Shown piece by piece: positions 55,039 to 64,000 of a DNA stretch of 64,000 bases. The notes under the pieces are model-generated. The model was not told the DNA's origin and did not search any database. It saw only the letters and a list, made by a program, of their open reading frames with translations. The stretch is from Okamejei kenojei (Eukaryota): assembly GCA_035221665.1 (NCBI GenBank), contig CM069164.1, forward strand, positions 15,438,001 through 15,502,000, written 5' to 3'. How positions within the stretch are numbered: position 1 is the stretch's first letter; each line of letters begins with the position of its first letter. Made by a program: the position numbers and the translations under genes.

Positions 55039-58000
55039 CATTGATGAAAATGTTGCAGTAGGTAAGAGTCTCTGTGTCAATGAGACTGCTTATTACACAC
55101 AAAAACCACATTGGGTTCAGTAAAAACTGATGGTTATAGAGGAATGTATTTCTAGATGGTTAAAAATTGGATACATTCAGTAGGAACTAGACACTGAAAG
55201 GTGGAAAATCACTCTGTTAATGAGGAAAATACATTCACAGGAATGGCACAGGATGAGCCACTCGAACAAAGATGCAAGGCCACAGGAGGCTGTAGATTAC
55301 TGTTAAAGTAAAAAGGAACCAGTCATGGTGTCAGATTTAGACACGCAATGTTCGGTTCTCTATAATTGTTGCTTTGTCATGTCATAAAAATATATATATC
55401 AATTGGTATTTGTGATAAACTTGCCTTTCAATGGAAAGGGCATTATTTTCATTTTTTATAATGTAAAATAATTTATCACATAACTTGAGGTAATGTTTGG
55501 GGAAAATGTGTTATTCGCTCGTTATTGTGTTAAATGAGCCGTACTGTCGTATGGAATAAATTCCACGACACGAAAAACACAGAAAGCTTCAAACTCTTCA
55601 CGTAGTCACTCACGTGACTCCGAAGTAAAATAGTAAGATTAAACGAGAACTTACCAGTTCGAAGTTTGATCGTTATTTTATGAGGAGTAACGATGAGGGA
55701 TTACGTGAAGAACCCCGCCTGGCGCTGGAAACGGCATACTTCAAAGCAGCGGCATGAAAAACACAGAACACAAATAGCCGGAGTAAGATAGTAAGGCTCA
55801 TCATAGATTTAGAACTACCAGATGATCATTCATTTTATTGAGGGTGGGGAGTGGAGGGCACGTAATCCCTCATCGTTACTCCTCATAAAATAACGATCAA
55901 ACTTCGAACTGGTAAGTTCTCGTTTAATCTTACTATTTTATCGGGATGCATCACAGTATAGTTTGGGAACAGCTCCATCCAAGACTGCAAAAAAATTGCA
56001 GAGAATTGTGGACGCAGCCCAGACCATCAAACGAACCAACCTCCCTTCTTCCATTGACTTCATCTACAACAGCATAATCAAGGTCCAGTCACACCACAGT
56101 CATTCCTTCTTCTCCCCTCCCCCATCAGGCATGAGGTACAGGTGTGAAAACACATACCTCTAGATTCAGGGACAATTTCTTCCCAGCTGTTAGGAGGCAA
56201 CTGAACCATCCTATCACAAAAAGAAAGCAGTCCCGACCTACCATCTACCTCATTGGAGATCCTCAGACTATCTTTAATCAGACTTTACTGAAGTTTACCT
56301 CGCACTAAACATGATTCCCTTTATCCTGCATCTGTACATTGGAGATGGCTTGATGGTAATCATATACAGTCTTTAAGCTGACTGGATAGCATGCAACAAA
56401 AAGGTTTTTCACTGTACTGTGGCAAAAAAACTAAACTAAACAGCAGACACATTTCATTTTAGACTTACTTTTCATGGAAAGCTTTAATGGCCATGGGGTT
56501 GATTGGTAACTGGAAAACATGTTGTTCATCTAGTGGATTGTCCTTGTAGTATCTAGAACAGGACCTGTTGTAAGAGAAACCAAGGAGAAGTAATATAATA
56601 TCTTCTTTTGTTTTTCTTTTAGACAAAAGATACTATCACCAAAGAAAATACATTTACAATAAAAATGTATATATTAAATCCTCCAACTCCAAAGTATAAT
56701 ATTGATTTCCATTATCAATCAAAACCCTCTAATTTTAGTGCATTACAAACATTAACCCTTCATTCAGCTAGCTCATCTCATGTTTTTAAAATCAAAGCAA
56801 ACAAAAACCAAGGTTAACGACCTTCTCCATTCTCTCTTCTTCCTTCACTGTGTATGCCTCTCTCCTCCTTTCTCCCTTTAAATCTCATCACTTTCAAAAT
56901 GAGATGAATACTGCATCAGACCTCCCAACATTTGATTGTCAAAATTCATAATATTTCCCCTCAAAATTCATATTTTTAAATGAAAATTCATAATATGTCG
57001 CGGCGCCCTATTCGGGGTCCCATGTCACAAATTCTAAATTGTGAAGAAGTATTTTAAATGCCAAAATGTGAAAAAGGTACATGTATGCTGAAACATTTAT
57101 AATTCTTTGTTAAACTTTGATAAACTTGGCCTTCATTTCTCTCACTTGGGGTTGTTGCCGGCGGCTATGCGCCTGCGCACTGGTGCAGATCAGCGGGCTG
57201 CCGGCGGGCGGGTGCGGCACATGCGCACTTGGCAAGGTTGCCGGCGGGTCTGCGCCTGCGCACTGCGTGGGGGTGGGGGGGGGGAGGCCCGGTGATGGGG
57301 CTGCCGCGAGCGGCCGGCTGGCGGCAAGAAAGTGCCGCTGATCGCGCGGGCCGGCGCCGCCCGGGCGTGGCGTGGCTCGAAATGGCGCCAGGCCCGGCAA
57401 CCCTCCCCCACTGCGCACGCGCGGCCACTGGGGCCCGGCAACCCTCCCCCACTGCGCACGCGTGGCCACTGGGGCCCGGCAACCCTCCCCCACTGCGCAC
57501 GCGCGGCCACTGGGGCCCGGCAACCCTCACCCACTGCGCACGCGCGGCCACTGGGGCCCGGCAACCCTCCCCCACTGCGCATGCGCGGCCACTGGGGCCC
57601 GGCAACCCTCCTCCACTGCGCACGCGCGGCCACTGGGGCCCGGCAACCCTCCCCCACTGCGCACGCGCGGCCACTGGGGTCCGGCAACCCTCCCCCACTG
57701 CGCACGCGCGGCCACTAGGGCCCGGCAAAGTGCCGCTGATCGCGCGGGCCGGCAAACCGGGGACACATGGCGCCGGCGTTCACCACGGGAGGAACAATTT
57801 TGCGGGATAATTAGGTTACAAATCGGAATGGCGGGAAGGGAACCTAAAAAGCGGGAATATCCCGCCAAAAGCGGGATAGTTGGGAGGTCTGCTGCATGAT
57901 CTAATCATTTTCAGATACTCAGTTTTTTAGCCTTCAAATATTATTCCATGTGTATTAATTTAAGTAATTCTCTAATTTTCTGCACAATGTAAAATTCCCA

Positions 58001-61000
58001 CTCTTGCCAACTCTATAAGACATGTCTTAGATACCCACCAATTCTCATTTATTTTAAAATGTATTGATTGTGAAAAGCACACTTTTAATATAATGAACAT
58101 ATTTGTATTTATTTTCTACATTTCACACTTTTTACAAAGATGTGCAGCATTGCAACAAAATAATCTTGTCTGTACCTCCTACATTTTGTTGGAAAACCAA
58201 CTCTTCCTAAAACAAAGAGAGACACAAAATGCTGGAGTAATTCAACGGGACAGGCAGCATCTCTGGAGAAAATGTCTGCACAATGTTAGATTTAGCTCTT
58301 AGGGCTAAAGGAATCGAGGGATATGGGGAAAAAGCAGGAACGGAGTACTGATTTTAGATGATCAACTGTGATCATATTGAGTGGCAGCTCTGGCTCGAAT
58401 GGCCGAATGGCATACTCCTGCACCTATTTTTCTATGTTTCTATGAAAAGGAATAGGTGACATTTCAAGTCGAGACCCTTCTTCAAGAACGGTCTCAACCC
58501 AAAATGTCATCTATTCCTTTTCTCCAGAGATGCTGCATGTCCCACTGAGATACTCCATCATTTTGTGTCTATCTTCAGTGTAAACCAGCATCTGCAGTTC
58601 CTTCCTACACATCTCCAAGTGGTCTTTAAGAATTAGTATAACAAAGATCAAATGGAAAAAGATTAAGAATGATGGAGGAGAGGGAAGATAGCTGATCAAG
58701 AGTTGAGGGGGATGGATGGAGTAAAACTAAAAAGTGATGTGGATCCAGATGAGGAGTTGATTGCAGATAAGTCAGATAGCGGAGAGGACAGCGAAGATAG
58801 TAGCCAAGACTTGAGATGAAAGGGACAAGCCAAAAAGGTGCAAATGGTGGAATCCAATAAGGAAGGGGGAGTGAATTGTAGTATCAGAGGGAGGGATGGT
58901 GTGTGGAAGGAAATGGAGAGGTTAAGGGGTGGGGAGGGTGTGGAGAAGAAAAATTGGGTTTCTTCCATCTCCTCTCTCGTCCATCAGTCTGAAGAGGGAT
59001 ACCAACCCGAAACGATGTCTGTCCATTTTCCTCCACAGATGCTGCCTGACCAGTTTGTTGTTAGCTCAAAATTCTAGAATCCTCATCCTCATAGTCTCAT
59101 GTCTCCATTTTCGGGCATTGTTCAATTAAAAACATATTCTAGAATTGAAGGGACTTCTAAAGGGATAAGGGTTTTGAAGAAGGGTTTCAGCCCGAAACGT
59201 TGCCTATTTCCTTCGCTCCATAGATGCTGCCTCACACGCTGAGTTTCTCCAGCACTTTTGTCTACCGTCTAAAGGAATAGATCTTTACAAGCAAAAGATG
59301 TGCTTTTTTGCAAGTTTGCAATCTTTGTTGTAACAACAAGACCATTATTTACGTGGAAATTTTAATTAAAAAGGGTGCTTTTCAAAATACTCACTGTGTC
59401 AACGCAAAGAGATTTTCGTGGGTCAAAGTGAGAAAAGCACTGCAACTCACTACCAGCTCAAGCATGTGATGGAGCTTATGGAGACGGAGCACCTGCTCTT
59501 CTACATTTACAGTGGAATCCACAAAGTAGTCCTGCAGAATAGCATCAAGTGTCAATAAAGCATCATTATTAGACAGGAAATAACATTGTCAAGTCACAAT
59601 TTATAAACATTATTCATTGTCCTTACCAAGTAATTCAAAGTAGTGAGTTCTTGACCTAGAAGAAAATAATTTGTCAATAACTAATTCCATTGAACAAAAA
59701 ATTACATTCATATTTTTGCAGTGTGCAAGAGACAAGCAGGGCTTAAATTTTCTACCCCCCCCCCCCCCCCAACATCACATCATATGCAATTAACCCTCTG
59801 ATTAAATTGGTTCTAAATCCTCGGGGGAGGAGTGTTCATGTCATTGACCAGACTTTCCAGATTACCTTTCCTTATCACTCCTCCTCCTCTCCACTCTTTA
59901 AAGGCTTGCTGGAACTCTACTTGTCCTCAATTGATTCAGCAGCAACGGAGGATGAGAATATATCCTATCACAATTAAACAGTGCCATGTTACACAAACAC
60001 TTCATTCCATCGCACTACCTCAACCTCCTCCTGCACCTATTTTCTATGTTTTGTATATGGAAGAAGTGTATAGACGTTTTCAAACAAAATGTGTTATTAA
60101 TATATGGAACACCTACCGATAAAATAATTTATGTAATCCCTCCGCAATTTATCCAGACCTATCTCCAAAAGCATTCGTAAAGCAGTTAGTCCATTAATAT
60201 GGACAGCAGGCATAGTGGATTGGTAGGACTGTTGGATTAATTTGCTGAGAGAACTGTTGCTCCCTCGGTGAATCTGAAAATTCATCAGAAATTGTTCAGT
60301 GCTCAATCACAGTACGCATATTGTAAGAATTACATCTAGCTACAAAATTTGTGAAAACAATTTAAGAAATGATTCTCTCTTAATAGGTGTACTTCTGGAA
60401 TATCTGTATAACTACAACAATTTGGATGGTTTGGCTCTGAGGAATTATAAATGACGCAGTGCAGAAATCAATCAGAAGGCACCAATTGGAAGTATTGTGG
60501 CCTCTACACTTAGCTCCAAATATTGTCAGATACAAGTACTCTGCAGGTAGTGCCAATAATAAATCACACTACCTCCAAATACCCAATTGCTCTGTCACAC
60601 CAAAATAGACACTCATGCCCTAGCATTAATCACCAAACAATGAAATAAAAATATAAATCAAATTTTAACTGATCCTGTATTAGAGTATCTTCCAAAACGT
60701 AAAAGCAATATATTTTTAAAATATATATTTCAGTTAACATTTTAACAAACATTAAAATATGAGTTTTCTCCATACCCATGGTTGAATATCCTTGCATTTT
60801 AAGTGTTGGATAACTAGCATTAAGCAATCTACCACATCTCGATATGAAGAAACAGCTAAAAGATAAAGAAAAAAAAGAGTAAAACTCAAAAAAAGAACAC
60901 CAGGCTAACAAGAGGAGTAGAAAGCACAGGAGTTCCAATGGCATAGTCCTTTTTAAAGGCACTGATTGAAAGCTTTCACGATAACTATTAAGCAACCTCC

Positions 61001-62226
61001 TCTTTGCTCTCCACAGATGCTGTCTGACTTGTTTAGATTATTCAACACTTTGTTTCAGGACAAGAGAAAGCTAAGATCACCTGCTCTGTTTTCACTTACA
61101 TCTACATTAATTGCAATATATTTCAATACTTTCTACTTTTTGCAAAATGTTTACAGTTCTAACTATTATTGAACCAGATTCTAATTATTGCATGAATACT
61201 GTCCCCCAGTAAGCAAATCTTCTGAGGGTGCATGTATCTTTCTTGGCAAGACACCAGCAGAGATTGAATCTATTAGGAGCATGTATTCCATTCTCTGATA
61301 TCCTGAATACTCCATCAAACTTCTGTAGGTGTATGGTGAAAAGTACACTAATTGGTTGCATCAGGGCATGTTTATTCACTCAAACACCCAAGAATGAAGG
61401 AGGCTGCAGAAAGTGGTGAACACTGCTGTAGTTTTCTATGTTCATCACAGGTATTGACCTCGCTACCATCAAAAGGATGCCACTGACGGCTGTGGAGGGC
61501 AAGTCAGTGGATTGATTAGTAAAGGTGTCAGGGGTTAGGAGGGGAAGGCAGGATAATGGGGTTGAGAGGGAAAGAAAGATCAGCCACGATTGGATGTTGG
61601 AGTAGACGATGGTCCAAATGGCCTATTTCTGCTCCTAGAACATATAAACATGATGCTCTGCACTTCCTCAAGGCAGCTGCAAATGTAATCAAAGATGTCA
61701 CCAAACCACCCTGGCCAGGCTTGCTGCCAAGTTGGGAAATGTGGTACAGGAGCCTGAGAATTGTTAACTCTAAGTACAAAAGCAGCTTTTTTCCAGCAAC
61801 CATCTAGCTCTGCACACTGTACCTCAGCAACAATTATTGTGGATTTTGTTTGGTTTGCGCTATTATGGTCTGGTTACATAGTATTACTGATTATTTATTC
61901 TATTATTGATTATTTTATATTTATTTGTTGTGTTAGTGTGTTAATGTGCCTGTAAAGCTGCAGCAAGTAAGAATGACATTGTTCCGTTCCCAGTGCATAT
62001 GACAATTAAATACTCTTGACTCTATCCAACATTAGTAAGTGGAATCTCTGTATCACTATGCTCTCTTAATGGGAAAATTGAATCCACAGGAAGCATCTGT
62101 CCGGCGGGAATACATACTTTCCCTCATTCTAGTCCAAAGCTGCTCCGCAAAGTCAAGATCACCACGTTCTGGAGTAAATGAAGAATGGATGGTTGATTCA
62201 ACAGCAGCTACATCACTTCTCAATTT
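39489..62226 (-). CDS. ZWILCH: Protein zwilch homolog (RZZ kinetochore complex), C-terminal 8 coding exons; 5' part lies beyond the window
   Basis: Minus-strand exons 62118-62226, 60776-60855, 60117-60273, 59627-59655, 59395-59531, 56469-56564, 48830-48948 and 39489-39583, all GT-AG with consistent phases. Peptides [60 protein letters not shown] and NCSQAHFS* match vertebrate ZWILCH. The gene is tail-to-tail with LCTL, as in human. Confidence 0.93.
40207..40831 (+). repeat. ERV 5' LTR
   Basis: (C/T)GTGAG...CTCACA ends; TATAAA at 40691, AATAAA at 40763; about 96% identical to the 3' LTR by manual count. Confidence 0.93.
40835..40852 (+). promoter_or_regulatory. Primer binding site, tRNA-Pro
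   Basis: TGGGGGCTCGTCCGCGAT, one mismatch to the MLV-type tRNA-Pro PBS TGGGGGCTCGTCCGGGAT, 3 nt after the LTR. Confidence 0.9.
42049..42835 (+). pseudogene. ERV gag C-terminus and protease remnant (HERV-I/ERV3-like type)
   Basis: [19 protein letters not shown]...[13 protein letters not shown]; knuckle [14 protein letters not shown] at about 42476-42517; gag stop TAG-GGA at 42566 in frame with protease EPLVNLKLG...FMVDSE (decayed DSG motif). Confidence 0.8.
42990..44680 (+). pseudogene. Second gag-like remnant followed by deleted RT/RNase H fragments
   Basis: [27 protein letters not shown]; [14 protein letters not shown]; [10 protein letters not shown]; a knuckle start CWGCEQ at about 43844; [10 protein letters not shown] and [24 protein letters not shown]; RNase [10 protein letters not shown]. 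Many stops, frameshifts and deletions. Confidence 0.65.
44683..45082 (+). pseudogene. Integrase C-terminal remnant
   Basis: [11 protein letters not shown]...[41 protein letters not shown] (GPY module); the catalytic DDE core is missing. Confidence 0.85.
45123..46934 (+). pseudogene. env: Retroviral env, ERV3/HERV-I-like, disrupted by about 2 frameshifts and 2 stops
   Basis: Signal peptide; [24 protein letters not shown] (CxxC); furin site RKKR; [41 protein letters not shown]; immunosuppressive domain [17 protein letters not shown]; [10 protein letters not shown]; [23 protein letters not shown]. Lesions at about 45540, 45875, about 46146 and 46626. Confidence 0.92.
46969..47597 (+). repeat. 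ERV 3' LTR
   Basis: TGTGA...TCACA, preceded by polypurine tract AAAAGAAAAAGGGAGGA. Confidence 0.93.
47655..48610 (-). mobile_element. Rex1/Babar-type LINE 3' fragment
   Basis: [12 protein letters not shown]; [20 protein letters not shown]; (TTCAA)n tail. Confidence 0.8.
48830..48948 (-). CDS. ZWILCH: ZWILCH exon
   Basis: tccag|(N)[39 protein letters not shown] g|gtatt. Confidence 0.9.
49320..49700 (-). mobile_element. Penelope-like 3' fragment (pseudo-LTR with hammerhead-like motif and GA microsatellite)
   Basis: Reverse complement contains GTCTGAAGAAGGGTCTCGATCCGAAACGTCAC and an endonuclease tail ([11 protein letters not shown]); same family as 62803-63636. Confidence 0.75.
50540..56440 (+). 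mobile_element. Rex1/Babar-type LINE fragment split by the DIRS insertion (pieces about 50540-51103 and 55941-56440)
   Basis: [10 protein letters not shown]...[15 protein letters not shown]...[10 protein letters not shown]; the LINE sequence resumes directly after the DIRS right end (tcgggatgcatcacag). Confidence 0.82.
51104..55940 (+). mobile_element. DIRS1-type tyrosine-recombinase retrotransposon, non-autonomous or decayed
   Basis: ICR 55595-55707 is the exact reverse complement of the left end (51104-51140) and the right end (55859-55940). Decayed remnants: RT VMGYLD at about 52910, RNase [11 protein letters not shown] at about 53582, methyltransferase-like [17 protein letters not shown] at about 54000, recombinase-like ISRWLK at about 55150. 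Confidence 0.88.
56469..56564 (-). CDS. ZWILCH: ZWILCH exon
   Basis: aacag|(Q)[31 protein letters not shown] aa|gtaag. Confidence 0.93.
56917..57891. mobile_element. Non-autonomous DNA transposon (hAT-like) with 13-bp TIRs and a 6-bp TSD
   Basis: TIR CAGACCTCCCAAC ... GTTGGGAGGTCTG; CTGCAT on both sides (56911-56916 and 57892-57897); subterminal repeats AAAATTCATA x3 on the left and GCGGGA x4 on the right. Confidence 0.8.
57391..57727. repeat. 42-bp GC-rich minisatellite, about 8 copies
   Basis: Unit GGCCCGGCAACCCTCCCCCACTGCGCACGCGCGGCCACTGGG, with 0-1 substitutions per copy. Confidence 0.95.
58218..58610. repeat. Palindromic Penelope pseudo-LTR derivative interrupted by a CR1 3' tail (about 58287-58444)
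   Basis: gacacaaaatgctggagtaa...gcagcatctctggagaaaa versus ttttctccagagatgctgc...cattttgtgtc; the arms meet at the decayed hammerhead motif at about 58457-58510. Confidence 0.7.
59395..59531 (-). CDS. ZWILCH: ZWILCH exon
   Basis: tgcag|[45 protein letters not shown] ca|gtgag. Confidence 0.93.
59627..59655 (-). CDS. ZWILCH: ZWILCH 29-nt micro-exon
   Basis: ctag|(G)QELTTLNYL|gtaag (human GQELASLNHL); restores phase between its neighbours. Confidence 0.88.
60117..60273 (-). CDS. ZWILCH: ZWILCH exon
   Basis: ttcag|[17 protein letters not shown]...[19 protein letters not shown] g|gtagg. Confidence 0.93.
60776..60855 (-). CDS. ZWILCH: ZWILCH exon
   Basis: tttag|(T)[26 protein letters not shown]|gtatg. 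Confidence 0.9.
62118..62226 (-). CDS. ZWILCH: ZWILCH exon
   Basis: cag|[36 protein letters not shown] a|gtatg. Confidence 0.9.
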
Positions 62227-62802
62227 CTGATGCAAAACAATAAAAAATAAATTAAAACAAAATCCTGGTCAAAAATCTATTGCTAGTACAGGTCCATACC
62301 GATTTTCCAGCACCTTTGTTTCTAGACCTTTTTTGGATTATCCGTTTTGCCAGATCGACAGATATCATGGCCTCTGAAAGGAGTCCAACGGTACCAGAAA
62401 AGTCCATTCAGCCCACCAAGGGGCCGAGATACGTGCCCACAGAGTGGACATCGGCCGAAGTTCCATAGCCCCGGTCGCAGGGAACAAATCTGATCTGCCA
62501 ATTAGCCGTGGAAGTTGGATATGGGAACGAATCTCCCAACTCCAGCTGCGCCGGAGTTCCAATGCCCCAGCCGCACGGGGAGATGACGTTGAGACTGGCT
62601 GCCGCACTCGGCATAGGCACTACATTTTCAGTGGGATTTCAAGTTTGTCCGGATTAAGACAAAAGGACAAAGGACATTTATTGTCACATACACCAGTTGG
62701 TGCAGTGAAATTTGTCTTGCCATGCAGCACACAGATAAAGATGATTCATAACACTAAAGAAATTAACAATAAACATAAAAACATCCCCCCACAATGCTTT
62801 TA

Positions 62803-63636
62803 AAGAAGGAACTGCAGATGCTGGAGAATCGAGGGTACACAAAAAGCTGGAGAAACTCAGCGGGTGCAGCAGCATCTAAGGAGCGAAGGAGATAGGCGAC
62901 GTTTCGGGTCGAGACCCTTCTTCAGACTGGTCAGGGATCAGGGAAACGAGAGATATAGACGGTGATGTGGAGAGATAAGGAACAATGAGTGAAAGATATG
63001 CAAAGAAGTATCGGTGTTAAAGGGAACAACCATCTGTTTGTGGTGTGAAAATGAGAAAATGTTGCTCACTCCCGTGAGGAGGCCCCGATCGGATGTGGAA
63101 TGGGAGGGGGAGTTGAAGTGCTGAGCACATCCGGACCTCTCGCCAAGCCTCCTGGGCATCTCCTCCACGGCCAGGAGTGAGCAAACAAGTGTTGCCTTTG
63201 CAAGGGAAAGTGCCGGAACAGCACAGCCTCATCCCGCTTGGGGGGCCAACTGCTTGGGGAGTCTGCATCCTTTGGGCTTGAATATTGAATTTTCTCAATT
63301 CAGTTAACCCTTGCTGTCTCCTCCCCTCCCACCTCTCCCTCAGCCCTCGGGCCCTGGCATTCCCTCCATCTCCATCCCCCTCCCCCACCCCAGTCGCACC
63401 AGCTTCTCATTTTCACCCCAACACACAGCTTACAATGGCTTGTTCCCTTTATCACCGATACTTCTTTGCATATCTTTCACTCATTGTTCCTTATCTCTCC
63501 ACATCACCGTCTATATCTCTCGTTTCCCTGATCCCTGACCAGTCTGAAGAAGGGTCTCGACCCGAAACGTCGCCTATCTCCTTCGCTCCTTAGATGCTGC
63601 TGCACCCGCTGAGTTTCTCCAGCTTTTTGTGTACCC
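62803..63636 (+). mobile_element. Penelope-like element, 5'-truncated, with inverted pseudo-LTR
   Basis: GIY-YIG endonuclease C-terminal remnants (AQHFNSPSHS on -, CLGSLHPLGLNIEFSQF on +); inverted arms 62833-63029 and 63440-63636. Confidence 0.8.
63541..63575 (+). ncRNA. Putative minimal type I hammerhead ribozyme in a Penelope pseudo-LTR (inverted copy at about 62894-62928 on -)
   Basis: CUGAAGA-A-GGGUC(UC)GACCC-GAAA-C-GUC: hammerhead core boxes, a perfect stem II and a palindromic minimal stem III; stem I is weak. Confidence 0.6.
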
Positions 63637-64000
63637 CCACAATGCTTCCCACTGTGGGGGAAGGCACAAAGTCCCAAACCACGAAGGTATCAAACCACCA
63701 GTGGCCGGAAAATCGGTGGCGGACCTGTATCTTAGATTTTTTTGAATTATATTATATATTGTACTCTAGTCTAACCATGGTGCTGTTATCGTATTATGAT
63801 ACTAAATGGTGCAAACAGTTATTCACAGAAGAGATTTACCACAGAGTCCTGGAAGCTCAAAACGGAAATTCCAAACGTATATGAAAATAAATTGATTAGT
63901 ATCCAGAGTATTTACAGTACACAGAAACATGTTGAAAATATGTCTTACACTTTACTTGACACACCAATTTTTTCTAAACTTATTTTAAATTATTCTATAA

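Noticed and set aside
57391-57727. CRISPR-like regular repeat
   Set aside because: No unique spacers, the units are contiguous, and the context is eukaryotic
57107-57899. Overlapping 110-196 aa ORFs in several frames on both strands
   Set aside because: Artefact of a 42-bp (multiple of 3) GC-rich, stop-free minisatellite

Overview
Eukaryotic vertebrate DNA. The repeat content (HE1/V-SINE, CR1/HER1, Rex1/Babar, Penelope, DIRS) suggests a cartilaginous fish, probably a skate or ray; this is an inference. Three spliced host genes can be reconstructed by hand with GT-AG junctions and consistent phases: the last two exons of SNAPC5 (+), a complete 13-exon LCTL/klotho-gamma gene (+, 9670-37934, 566 aa) and the last eight coding exons of ZWILCH (-, 62226 down to 39489). 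Highlights: (i) a candidate LCTL cassette exon that would replace the transmembrane tail with a soluble C-terminus ending WPVHDEV, a KDEL-like motif; (ii) a predicted non-coding last ZWILCH exon antisense over the LCTL transmembrane exon; (iii) a 7.4-kb two-LTR endogenous retrovirus in a ZWILCH intron that looks chimeric, with two different gag remnants and an ERV3/HERV-I-like env; (iv) a 4.8-kb DIRS element with perfectly complementary ends and internal complementary region (ICR) but a ruined AT-rich interior; (v) Penelope pseudo-LTRs carrying minimal hammerhead motifs, including a 197-bp near-perfect inverted repeat; (vi) tandem Helitron-like elements; and (vii) a TIR element with a 6-bp target-site duplication (TSD) carrying a 42-bp CpG-rich minisatellite. 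Most ORF-track entries are spurious or transposon-derived. Homology calls come from my recognition of motifs, not from database searches. Repeat boundaries are approximate unless termini are quoted.
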